Source of the DNA: Antedon mediterranea
Lineage: Eukaryota > Animalia > Echinodermata
Direction: 5' to 3'
Length of the DNA: 64,000 bases
Assembly (NCBI RefSeq): GCF_964355755.1
Contig: NC_092676.1
Location: forward strand, 25,252,871 to 25,316,870
This document shows positions 11,784 to 23,012 of the stretch, one piece after another. The position numbers and the translations under genes were made by a program. The notes under the pieces are model-generated. The model had not been told where the DNA came from. It saw nothing but the letters and a program-made list of their open reading frames with translations, and searched no databases. The number at the start of each line of letters is the position of its first letter. Position 1 is the first letter of the stretch.

Positions 11784-14700
11784 ATGAAAGACATTTACGC
11801 ACACGGCCAAGTATGGTATGAATATTGATGTAGGCTTAGATGTATAACTTTAAAGACTCTCCATCACGTTTTTTCCTTCATTATGGTTAAACTCTCTCAG
11901 CATCATCATGATGTGTTTCTTGTTTCTTTGCTGTGGTGTCCTATCCAACTTATTTTATGCCCACTCTGGTAAGTTTATTTTATCACTATTTTTATTTCAG
12001 TATTTGTATCAGAATAATTACTCTGAAGGTCATAATTTCGTTTACACACATGCATTAACGGCATTACGTGTTGATAACATAATTCTTCAAATGTGAACAA
12101 GATTGCGGAGGGGTTCTCGCTTCTTTAATACGAACATTTAAAGAAAAATTATTTACATGAAATATATTATAGGCCTGTTCAGTTTTTTTTAGTCGCGTGC
12201 GTGCAACGCGACTCTACAGCTCACTATGTCGGTCGAATGGTCGGTCGGGTGGTCGGTAAACACTAACTTGAGCACGCGACTGCAGAATGTATAGCCTTGT
12301 TACGTTTCTATTTATGTTGGCTTTAAGATCACGCAAAAACCTTCTTGGTTGAATCACTTATTTGTACGAAAATGAATTATTTTAGCAAAAATTCAATTGG
12401 TTTCAGCTTTATTGTCATACCAGAAGTTGGTTACTGCTAGGTCTGGTGTTAATCCTGGTAGACTTACAAACGGAAACGACAGTATGGCGGATTGTTTTGT
12501 AACAGGTTCGACGTTTGATTTGTATGATTTACTATAAATAGAATATGAAAAGATTCACATACTGACAATCCGTACAATTAAAAGTATTATCGAAAAAATT
12601 CATTTAGTTTCAAATTATATACGTTAGTAGGCTTTTTTTTTCCTTTTGTTAAACCACATATAAAAAAGTGATGACAAACAAGCAACACGTCATTCGCGTG
12701 TCTACTGGTGCTGCCGAAACGTTGCAAAATTGTCATGGTTTACCAAGAAGAAAAAACTACTAACATAAATTTTAAAGTTTTGTTAAATAGGCCTAATTAA
12801 ATCACCATTGTGTGACCTAAAAAATGTACAAATTTCGAACATGGTTTTTTTTATATTATGAAGCAAAAAGTTATTTGAACTAATTTTAAAAACTGTATTT
12901 CAATGTTGATAAGAACTAATCTAATTTAGATACGCAACTCAATTGGACGTCAGCGCAATAAGTGATTTGGCCAATCACAAGCGATGGTTATTTGACCTGT
13001 CGCTTGTCATTGGTTGCTCTCTGATTATAGTGTGAACCAAGCTTTAGACTAGACTGGCAGGTTTTTTTATACGATCTTTTGTTTTTATACTCTTTTATTT
13101 TAGATGATACTGAAGACAAATTGGTTGAAATAGATTTGGGAAAAGACTACCTTGTAACGAGAGTGACTATTATTAATAAAGTCGGAGAAAGTATGACATT
13201 TATCTTATATTAAGTAATATTATAACTATTTACATGGATATAAGTGTAAAACAATTCCCCTCATGAAAATATAATTTAATCTTTCACGGAATGAAATTAT
13301 TTGTACCATTGCACTCATAAACATTCATTATTTTGTATAACATATGCGTTTGGGCTTTTTTAGACTATTACGGAAGGAATTTGGAAGGCTGTAGAGTAAC
13401 CATTGCTTCTCAAGATTCAAAAGAGGTTGAACAGAACTGTACAGAACATCCAATTTCAAACACTCAAATATCAGCGAGCGTGGTGATAGATCTAAAATGT
13501 ACTAAGAAAGTATTTGGTCGGTACGTTATATTAAGAAACGATAGAAAGAGACGCAGCCTTTGTCAGATCCGTGTCTACAGTGAATATGAACCAAAGAGAG
13601 GTAAACTTGTTATTTTGGGGTTTTTTCAAAGGGTAAAAATGAGTCGAGTCTGGTCGAGTCTACGTCCATTCCTAGGCTAAGTTCACACACACACACACAC
13701 ACGACATTGGTATTATATTTTAGCATAATCGCACCGCTAATTTTCACCGAATTTCGTGCAAAGGCCCCAACGGGACTATACTCGGTCATAGATTGTATAT
13801 ACCGTAGTAGGTCTATATAAAAGAAGCGTCATTTTGACTATTGTTGCCTTGCAGATCCGGTTGCAGTTAAAGATTTGGGTGGTACGATTTTCAAACTGGA
13901 TTTGGACTGTTTGAAACATTGGTTTTCTGATAATGCAATAAGCACGTATTTGTCATCAACCATAAACCATTGTGACTTTGAATTAAAAAATATGACCCCT
14001 GTTTTTCAAGACATCTCGTTTAAACCTGAGGGAGTTGTTAACTTAAGAGCGTTTACGCTTGCTATGTACGTATATCCACATACGTCATCTAGTGATTGGT
14101 TTTTAAGCACAGTACAGCACGACACGTTACCTCGTATTGCGTTTAACTTGACGGAGACAATAGGCCATTCTTGTAATTCAAGAGTTCAGTTTATGCATGG
14201 AACCAACGTATTAGTTAAAGGTCATATTCTTTCTCCATTCAAATGGACATTTGTTGCCGTTACATTTGATGGTAGTAGCAGGGAAATCACGCTATGGAGT
14301 GATGGTGAAATCGTCAGTGTAAATTCCACGACATTTAACAGCCTACGCCTATACTTAAAGGAATTGCGAATTGGAAATCGAGGTGGAAATTTTGTTGGCA
14401 AACTAGCAATGTTACAAGTATATGAAAGAGCACTGAACGAATCAGAAATGAAGGCAGCAAGAGATATGCCGTTTCAAAGTAAGGATTGTTAATGTTATTA
14501 GTTCTAGTATATCTTACCATTACTAAACCTGCATTATACAATATAATGGCATAACCATTGGCATACATTTTGGCGATACATTATGAAGTAACAGATTGCG
14601 GACCTTTAGACAATTTATCTCACAAGAAATCGTATCAATACATTGTTTGTTTGTTTGTTTTATTAAATTTTCCATCACATCAAATAATACAGCTGTGCAT

Positions 14701-15472
14701 TCTAATAAAACATAGATTAATTATAAATTAGATTAACAGAAACATGTGTGGATGGTGAGTGTGGATGGAGGTCAAATAAGTTAAAGAACTTTAAGGCTGA
14801 CCCCCATTTCAAACATTATACATACATTACAAAAGGTAATAAAGATGTAGAAAAAACCATGAGTTAAAAAAATAATAAATAAATAAATAAATAAACAGAG
14901 TAGTACTGTATTCGGATAGGCCTATGGGATATATTAGTGTTGTATATCTGGTGTGTTCTAAATCGTAGGTATTATATTGTATTTGATGTATAATACATCT
15001 ACAGTACTGACTTTTCATAGGGCGAGTTTTTTTGTTTTTTTAAATTTATTTATTTATTTTTTTTATTTTTTTTTTCAAAAATTCACCGTCGCGTCGCGTC
15101 GCACCGTACGCGATTAAATTATATGAGAACACTACAATTACTATATAGGCTACAAATATATTTAAATGTCTTCAATGTACTGTATGTTTTGTATTAGAAT
15201 GGAAGTACGATTCAAACGCAGCATTCATGAAGCTGAAACCGCCGACCGGTTTTACAGGAACTGAAATATACAACAGCGACAAATCGTCAAAGGTGTTCTG
15301 CGCTTGGAAGTGTTTGGAACAAACCTGTTGCAACGCACTTACTGTTCATCGTAAAAACAATCGGTGTGTTCTCTTCTCGAAGTATAATGTGGCAAATATG
15401 AGTGTATCATCAGATGTTGATTATTATCTGAAGAAATCTCATCAGTTTTATGACATTGTAAATTATTGTTAG
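11784..15472 (+). CDS. Secreted multidomain lectin-like protein, copy 2, ~473 aa
   Basis: Exons 11784-11815, 11901-11968, 12407-12505, 13104-13190, 13364-13600, 13855-14478, 15198-15472. Same phases and domains as copy 1; frame is open throughout. Confidence 0.8.
12183..12300 (+). mobile_element. Helentron-associated (HINE/DINE-1-like) short element
   Basis: T-run, then agtcgcgtg...acgcgact inverted repeat, (GTCG)n microsatellite and a distal cacgcgact. A related copy is inverted at ~41124-41206. Absent from duplicate copy 1. Confidence 0.6.
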
Positions 15473-17194
15473 TACAGTAGAACCACCCTCCTCTATAAAT
15501 GGTCTTTTACACATTTTCTGACACGGTTCCGGTCCGGCGAATCGAACGTTTTCACGCGGCTACGCGCATATCGATTGTGAAACGAAACCTTGACGTTCGT
15601 TTCGCCGGACCGTGTGTGCAAGGTGTGAAATAAGGTAGTTTAGTCCCGAATGTGTTCCCTTAATCTGTTTTCTACTTTATACTGTATGTATCGTCAAGTA
15701 TATTACTTTGTTTTAGATTTATATATATCACACAGTAATATTGATAAACACGTTAAATGTATTCATTTAATATATAAGATTATTTAAAGCAGTAGGCCTA
15801 CATGTTGTCGTGGGGCATTTCTAAAAATAGCCTACAAACAATGTTGTAGTTAATATAATAATATAGACTTGTCAGTGCGGTGTTTGAATTCGGCACTATT
15901 AAAATTGCAGTGCTTAGGCCTACTTATCTTAGTTTTCTTGGGCTTGATATCCAGGAGACAAGCAAGCAAGTTACGTATTAACATGAATTTAATGTTTCGA
16001 GCATCTATGTTTAGCCGATTTTTTCACTATTCGGAGTTAAATAAGTCATATTCATACGTGTGTGGTATGACGTCACATCGGAAATCAGTTTTAACTCTGA
16101 AATAGGATTACCTTAAATCCCTTCTATACACGTTTAACTCTAGTGCGTGTGTGAACTATTTACTTGTAAGTATATAATATTTGTTATTATTACCACTTTG
16201 GTTCTTATATTTGATATTTCATGTCCATGTATGTTGTTAATAGTACTGAGTTATCTTATTTATACTTGTAGCATTGTAATGTATGTAGGTGTTTTGTAAC
16301 AGTAGGCCTAGGTTAAATGTTGTACTTTTATAATTTTTCTTTTCTTTGTAACTAGTTTGAGTGAACGTTCCTTTATAAGTGTGCCGCTGATTTAAAAGCG
16401 TACGTTCAATAAATTATTATTACTGTATTACGCATGGGCAACAGCGGCGATTGTTTAATCCCTGTAAATATGTTTGGTAATTAATTAATAATAAGTAAAC
16501 GTATTAAACCACGATATCATATAATATGAAAACTGATTTTGCACAGCTGCTTTTTAAAATGTAAAATCGTAACAGGCATATTAATATTAGGCATTAAACA
16601 CGCTTTAATTTAATGACAAAGTTATTTACAAAATGTCCCATATGTCAAATGCTGAACGGTGTTTTGTTGTTAATGGCGTAATCACTGAATAAACTTGGAT
16701 ATGTAATAGTGTGTTGTTATGTCCATACTTTATAAATTATGTTTATGTGGTTGGTCGAAAGTTTATTTCATAATATTCATAAATAAATTATGCTTCTTTC
16801 GTTGTTTTGTCACAAGTTTTCTCTCAAAAATGAAATGGTAGAGTGGTGGTGGAGAGCGGAAAGAAGACATTAACATTTTCTGGTGAAAATCCATTAATGT
16901 CATTAAACAGATTAAGGAATAAATCGTAGCCTATACATTATCAAATCACTTTTAACTGTATGTATATTTAACTGAAATAAGGGACTTTTTCTTTATATGA
17001 CGTAATCATGCTAGTATTGTATTGCGGATTTCTGGTTAGACCTGAAAAAACGGATTTGAATGGATACTTACTATAACCTGCCATTTTTTACGGCTCAAAA
17101 CTAGTAAGTTTGAATAATATTAAGAAAAAAGAAAATAAAGTATCGTTGAAAATATCTCACTAACTTTAATAGTGTTTATTCGCCATGCAAACCT

Positions 17195-18766
17195 TTAAAC
17201 AATACAATAATAAACAATACTAGCAATAATAATAGATAAGATGAATAACAAGACACGTTGATCTCTTTTCAATATTCTTTCACGTTCCATGCTTTCCCGG
17301 TTTTCCAGTTCTAAACTTTTTCGCTCCTTCTGGTACAATACCACTCGGGTACGTCGCTCCTCATGGAATTCTCTCGTTATCATTTTATATCGTCTATTAG
17401 CACGTTCTATAATTTTATTTTTCTCTGTTTGTAAGCTTTCATTCTCATAAACCAATGATTTAATTCTATTTTGAAATTTATCTTGCAACTCTTGCTTGTC
17501 AGATTGTACCTTTTCAATCCCTTTTTGATAATTCGACGTAATCTGTGCTTCTCTCTGTTGTGAACGTTTTGCAATTTTGCCTTTTTCTAGTTCTATACTT
17601 TTAGTCCTATCAACTAATGATTCAGTTTCAATTTCGAATTTATGTTGCAACTCTTGCTTTTCATATTGTAACTTTTCAATCCCTTTTAGATAAATCAACG
17701 TAATCTGTGCTTCTCTCTCCTGTGAACTTTCTGCAATTTTGCTTTTTTCTAGTTCTATACTCTTGTTCCTATCAACTAATAATTCAATTTCAATTTCCAA
17801 TCTATCTTGCAACTCTTGCTGGTCAGATTGTACCTTTTCAATCCCTTTTTGATAAATCGACGTAATCTGTGCTTCTCTCTCCTGTGAACGTTCTGCAATT
17901 TCATCTTTTTCTAATTCTATACTCTCAATCCTATCAACTAATGATTCAATTTTAATTTCGAATCTATGTTGTAAGTCCTGTTTTTCCTTAAGCGCTTTTT
18001 TACTTGATTCTCTATCTCTCTCTGCACGTTCCGCAATTCCATCTCTTTCTAATTCTATACTCTTAATCTCATCAATCAATGAACTAGTTTCTGTTAGATG
18101 TTTTTTAATAACGTTCTTATGCTTTTTTTGTTCCGTCTTTTCACGTTTTACTATTTTCTTTTTTTCCTTTTTTAAACTGTCAATCTCACTGACCAACGAT
18201 TCCGATTTCTTTTGACACTGAGATTGTGCCAACTCCAAATTAGTATAAGCTTTTTCCATTTCTGCTATTTTCTTTCCATATCTATATTTTTGGTCACGGT
18301 ATTTCTGGAACGCTTCAGTGAAAGTCACGTGATGTAGGGTATGCATGTGATGTAATTTCTGATCACAACAGATAATACAAATAAGTTCCATGCATGTTTC
18401 ACACCATAGGTTTAAATCTTTCTGATGATTAGATTTCTCGCAGATAGGGAGCCTAACCTTAGTTAAACCCAAATCCTCAGCAATTTTCAAGCATCCCTTT
18501 GCATCTTCGATCACAAATGACGAGGGAAGTGTCCCTAGGCCTGTTCTAGGAATTGTGGTGGACTTTCTACACAAAGCACATACAATATTAGTAGAAACAC
18601 GGTTCCGTTGGTTTGTTGCCTCACATTGCTTACGTATGCATTTTAGACAAAAAGAATGTCCACACTGGAGAAATTTAGGTTGTTCCATTTCTTCAAAGCA
18701 CATAGAACATTCAGTAAGGTTTTCCACAAATGTCCTTACAGGGTCGTTGTCTTTTTGCCTTGCCAT
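17195..18766 (-). CDS. Intronless TRIM13/59-like protein: RING-HC, B-box, repeated coiled coil, C-terminal transmembrane helix (~523 aa)
   Basis: RING CSMCFEEMEQPKFLQCGHSFCLKC...CALCR; B-box CEKSNHQKDLNLWCETCMELICIICCDQKLHHMH; TM VLLFILSIIIASIVYYCIV. First ATG is at 18766, aligned with the start of the paralog. Confidence 0.88.
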   Translation of the reverse strand: MARQKDNDPVRTFVENLTECSMCFEEMEQPKFLQCGHSFCLKCIRKQCEATNQRNRVSTNIVCALCRKSTTIPRTGLGTLPSSFVIEDAKGCLKIAEDLGLTKVRLPICEKSNHQKDLNLWCETCMELICIICCDQKLHHMHTLHHVTFTEAFQKYRDQKYRYGKKIAEMEKAYTNLELAQSQCQKKSESLVSEIDSLKKEKKKIVKREKTEQKKHKNVIKKHLTETSSLIDEIKSIELERDGIAERAERDRESSKKALKEKQDLQHRFEIKIESLVDRIESIELEKDEIAERSQEREAQITSIYQKGIEKVQSDQQELQDRLEIEIELLVDRNKSIELEKSKIAESSQEREAQITLIYLKGIEKLQYEKQELQHKFEIETESLVDRTKSIELEKGKIAKRSQQREAQITSNYQKGIEKVQSDKQELQDKFQNRIKSLVYENESLQTEKNKIIERANRRYKMITREFHEERRTRVVLYQKERKSLELENRESMERERILKRDQRVLLFILSIIIASIVYYCIV

Positions 18767-20649
18767 TTTTCTGTTTCTGTAATCGACGTTATAATTTACC
18801 CGATGTACACCATCCAAGTTCACTTAAGGATAAACAAATAACCATGTACTGTTGTAATCTAAAGTATGGTCTACGTGCATGGTTTATCTGCATACAAATG
18901 CAGTGATGCATTATTCCCTCAACATGGCATTATGACATTATTATTACGTCAGTATTTCATTCTGTTCTGCTATTTTTCTGTTTCTGTAATCGACGTTATA
19001 ATAATGCACAACTTACCTGATGTACACCACCCAAGTTCAGAGTAATAAACAAATAACAACCATACAATTAATTGCAATCCATATGTTTGCGATAGTGGTT
19101 TATTTGCATACAAATAAGTCAATAAAAATGAGTGAACTACGCCCTCAGCACCAAATTATGAAACTATTTAGTATTACAGTATGTCGCTCATTTTAAAACA
19201 AAACAAAATAAATACACTTTATTATTTTCTACCTTCTCTTTTTCCTTCTATTGTACAATTTTAATTGTAGATCTTTTTCAAGTTCGAGCTTTGTAACATT
19301 CGTGAAGACGAATTTTCCTTAACTTGGTTAAAGCAGCGAGCATGTATCACTTTTAGTTAAAACACTTTGTTAATCAAATTTATGTACATTACCGTACCTT
19401 ATAACAAAACCTTTATAAATAAAATTTGTATGACCCACCGTATATTTTTATAACTACATGATACAAAAGATTCGGACATTATTATTGTAACGTTTATATG
19501 ATTTCATCTAAATAATTGAATGATTTCTGTCAATGATGTCCAAAGTTCAATATTTCGTAATGTTTAATTAATATATAATCATTTAATTATCTATTCATGC
19601 AACTGCGTAATTATTTGTAATACGCTTACTAATCGTGTTCTAAGTTATCGTTAGCTCAAATATTGATATGGTAATATTGAAATAATTATATCAAAATATT
19701 TATAAAAAACATTTTCTTTATAGTTGACCTCAAAAGCTTTGGGAATTGCCAGTCATGGAAATGCTGTGGCTGTGTCTATCTTTTACTAATTTGAATCTGG
19801 CCCAAATTATTGTACAGAAATAATTTTTCCTCTGGTTAGCCTCAATGAAGCCCCTAGAAAAATATCGTTGTGGATAAACAGCTTAAGGTGGAGGAGTTTT
19901 TTTGTTTTAGATATAAATGTAGTATACAATAGTGAGTATACCAACAAAGAGCAATTTAAACTGGAAATCGACGGTATAGGCCTACCACACGAATTGATTA
20001 CAATATTTTATTAATTATATTAACAATGAGCTTAACTTCGGCACAGCCTTAAAACAAAATATATTACACTTGTTCATTTCAGATTCACATTTTAACACTT
20101 TAATGACACGAGGTCCATGATTTTAAATTTAAACATATTTTGTATTCAATTGTTTTATAGGCGTCAGATACATACATGATTATTCAGTGCTACGAATTTG
20201 GATCGTAGGGAATTATGCATTAAGCATATAGGCCATATCAACATTGATAGTGCATTACTTAATAACTATTTTAAAACAGTTTAAAAAGAAAACAATTTAC
20301 ATGTATTATGCAAATTATACAATCTACTTTTTCCTCTTTTGTGGGGGCAACCAACTTTTATTGCAATGATAAGCAATATGATAAAGGTTATATCTGTCTA
20401 TCTATCTATCTATCTATCAATGAATATTTAAGTATATTACATAGTCTGAGGTTAAAAGATTATAGAAAATATGTTGATATTGTGTTGAAATGATAAAACA
20501 AATATGTATACAGAGAAAATTTATATTACAGAGCTAAAACGATATAAAGATTAATATTCAGTATTATCAGTACCATTACGTTGATCAGCTAAATATATTT
20601 GTGCCGATGGGAGGAGCCTGCTTTTGAAACGGCATGGTTGTTCAACTTC

Positions 20650-21465
20650 CTAAACTTGCCGATTACGGGCCTGTCGTCCATGCCAAGCCAGGTTTAAGAT
20701 TTGCAGGAAAACAGTTACTAATTTCATTAACAATTCAGTGTGTATGGTCTTAGAAAAGTTGAATAACGAATCAATAGAAAAACTAGTAAGAGTAATAATA
20801 CAAATTATAACCGCCCATTTAAAAACAAAGAAAAACTTGTATATTAAAATGACTAAAATAAAAGATTTAATTATTACCATGGCCATCATTTTAATTTCAT
20901 TATTTAGACCTGTGTTTATCATTCTTTTTAAGTTTAGCCACCATAATTGTTTTGGTAAAATAGTTTTGCTATTTTCTATTTTTAATCTTTCATTCTCGGC
21001 CTCCAAATTCTCTATTTTCATTTGATCTTGTACAAGTTGCGATTGTACATGTTCAAGCTGTATTTGATATGATATCAGAATACTGTTATGTTCTTCCCTT
21101 AATTCATTGTTCTCTTTTTTTAATAATTCGTTTCTGCATTTTTTAACTTCAGCAAGATTTTCGGCAGATTTCAAATGTTCCTTTGCATTTTCAATCACAA
21201 AAGAGACAGGGAGTGCACCTAGGCCAGCAGGAATTGATGTTGGTGTTCTGCACATAGCACACAGAATAGTATTAGAAACAACTTGGTTCCATTCGTTCTG
21301 TTCATTTGCTGCTTCATATTGCTGATGTAGACATGACAGGCAAAACGAATGTCCACACTGAAGAAATTTAGGCTGTTCCATTTCTCCAAAGCACATTCGA
21401 CATTCCGTAAGATTTTTAACAAAAGTTCTTACAGGGTCGTTATCTGGTAGTGATAGGCTTGCCAT
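20650..21465 (-). CDS. Intronless RING-HC, coiled-coil protein with a hydrophobic C-terminus (paralog of 17195-18766; no B-box), 271 aa
   Basis: Shared N-terminus DNDPVRTFV.NLTEC.MCF.EMEQPKFLQCGHSFCL.C. Hydrophobic stretch MMAMVIIKSFILVILIYKFFFVFKWAVIICIITLTSF. Confidence 0.85.
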   Translation of the reverse strand: MASLSLPDNDPVRTFVKNLTECRMCFGEMEQPKFLQCGHSFCLSCLHQQYEAANEQNEWNQVVSNTILCAMCRTPTSIPAGLGALPVSFVIENAKEHLKSAENLAEVKKCRNELLKKENNELREEHNSILISYQIQLEHVQSQLVQDQMKIENLEAENERLKIENSKTILPKQLWWLNLKRMINTGLNNEIKMMAMVIIKSFILVILIYKFFFVFKWAVIICIITLTSFSIDSLFNFSKTIHTELLMKLVTVFLQILNLAWHGRQARNRQV

Positions 21466-23012
21466 TTTATGCTTTTACTCTTCTATCCAATCGACGTGTG
21501 AACGTTAACAACAAAACAGGACCGATGTACTGTAGGTAAGCCTATGGGCTATATTTTTTTGTGTACCGGTGATCAATGGCCCTGCGGAACGATCAATGAG
21601 AGATGATTACCTACGTGAAATAGCTTATTGCGTATAATTACTAATAGTTAGGCCTAAACTACTAAAAATTACAATCATGCAATTTTGCTTGTAAATATAC
21701 TCGTAATAATATCATGGAGAAAGATCTATGGTAATATATTGTAAGTAGCCTATAGGCAAAAATAAAAATGTTCTTACCTGCGGAACGATCAATTAGAGAT
21801 GTTTAATCTCGTAGCGTATTAGTTAGGCCTAACTAGGCCTACTAAACATTAAAATCATGCAATTTGTAAATAGTCGTAAATACTGTATAAAGTATAGGCT
21901 AAAATAAAAAGGTTCTTACCTGTGGAACGATACATGAAAGATGAACTCTCACAGACAAAACATTTGGTCAACTTGTGTTAAATTGTTTTTATTTATTTAC
22001 CTACACTTAACCCTTAGAATGGTGGCACTGTTTCTGCTTAATCAAGTATTAATTCCGGCCCAATATTGAATTATTTATGTAAATAAAATTCCTGTTCTGT
22101 TGCATTCCGAAAAAAACCGAACGACGACCTGACACTTTCGATGTGAAATGCCCGTGATATAACATTCAATTCATAACATTTAAAAAAACTAATTTCTTTG
22201 GAATACATATATAATAATAACCATTTGAATGCAGTAAACTATATTATACGAAAAATTACAGATGCTCATACTTTTCTGATATCTTGGGCTGCTTTGTAAC
22301 ACTTGTACAAAGTTTCCAAACAAATTACCATTGAGGTTACTTACTTGCTAACTATAGAGGGCGCTTAGCTTACTACCAGTTTGCAAATGTGGAAAACAAA
22401 ACAAACAAAAAATGTATAGTTGGAAGAGCAGTGCAAGCAAGACGAAAGTTTGACAAATGTCGAGTAGTTAATTGGTGTTTTCACGTAATTTTATGTAAGT
22501 ACGGAACAATGGTTCTTAGACAAGTAATTAAACGTTGTGTTGTTGTAAAGTAACGGTCAGAAAATAGCTAGATAGTTTCTGCATTTGATGCGATAAGTGC
22601 CTGCCTACAGGTAAAGATTTTGGTTGGCGGAAGGCAGGTGATAGTAAGACTGACAGTGACACCCCTCTCTGGCTCAAAAAATGTCTCTGTAGTCTGTCGT
22701 ATGTGATTTAAATGACCTGGTTTTTAGGTACTCATACCTTTTCTTGTCTGGCTTCAGCATTGCCAGAAATCCAATAGGCCTACTATGGAATTGATTTAAT
22801 AACACATTTTCCCAGAGCTGTCATTAATAATTTAATTTAAATCCCCAGAATAGAGGTTTTTCATTGGTTAGTAAGGCGAGTGTTATGTTAGATAAAAAAG
22901 AATGTCCAATATTATATATATATATATTATATATCAATATTAAAGGATTGTATTTATCTTTTAAAATTAATTTTCCTTCTAGGCCTACTATAGGTTATGT
23001 GATTCTGTAAAG

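Larger units (their letters stand above)
11457..17186 (+). repeat. Segmental duplication, copy 2 (pairs with 225-7258)
   Basis: Colinear with copy 1 through exons, introns and 3' flank. Confidence 0.92.

Noticed and set aside
18767-18823. N-terminal extension of the TRIM-like ORF
   Set aside because: Begins at a non-ATG codon; similarity to the paralog starts near ATG 18766.
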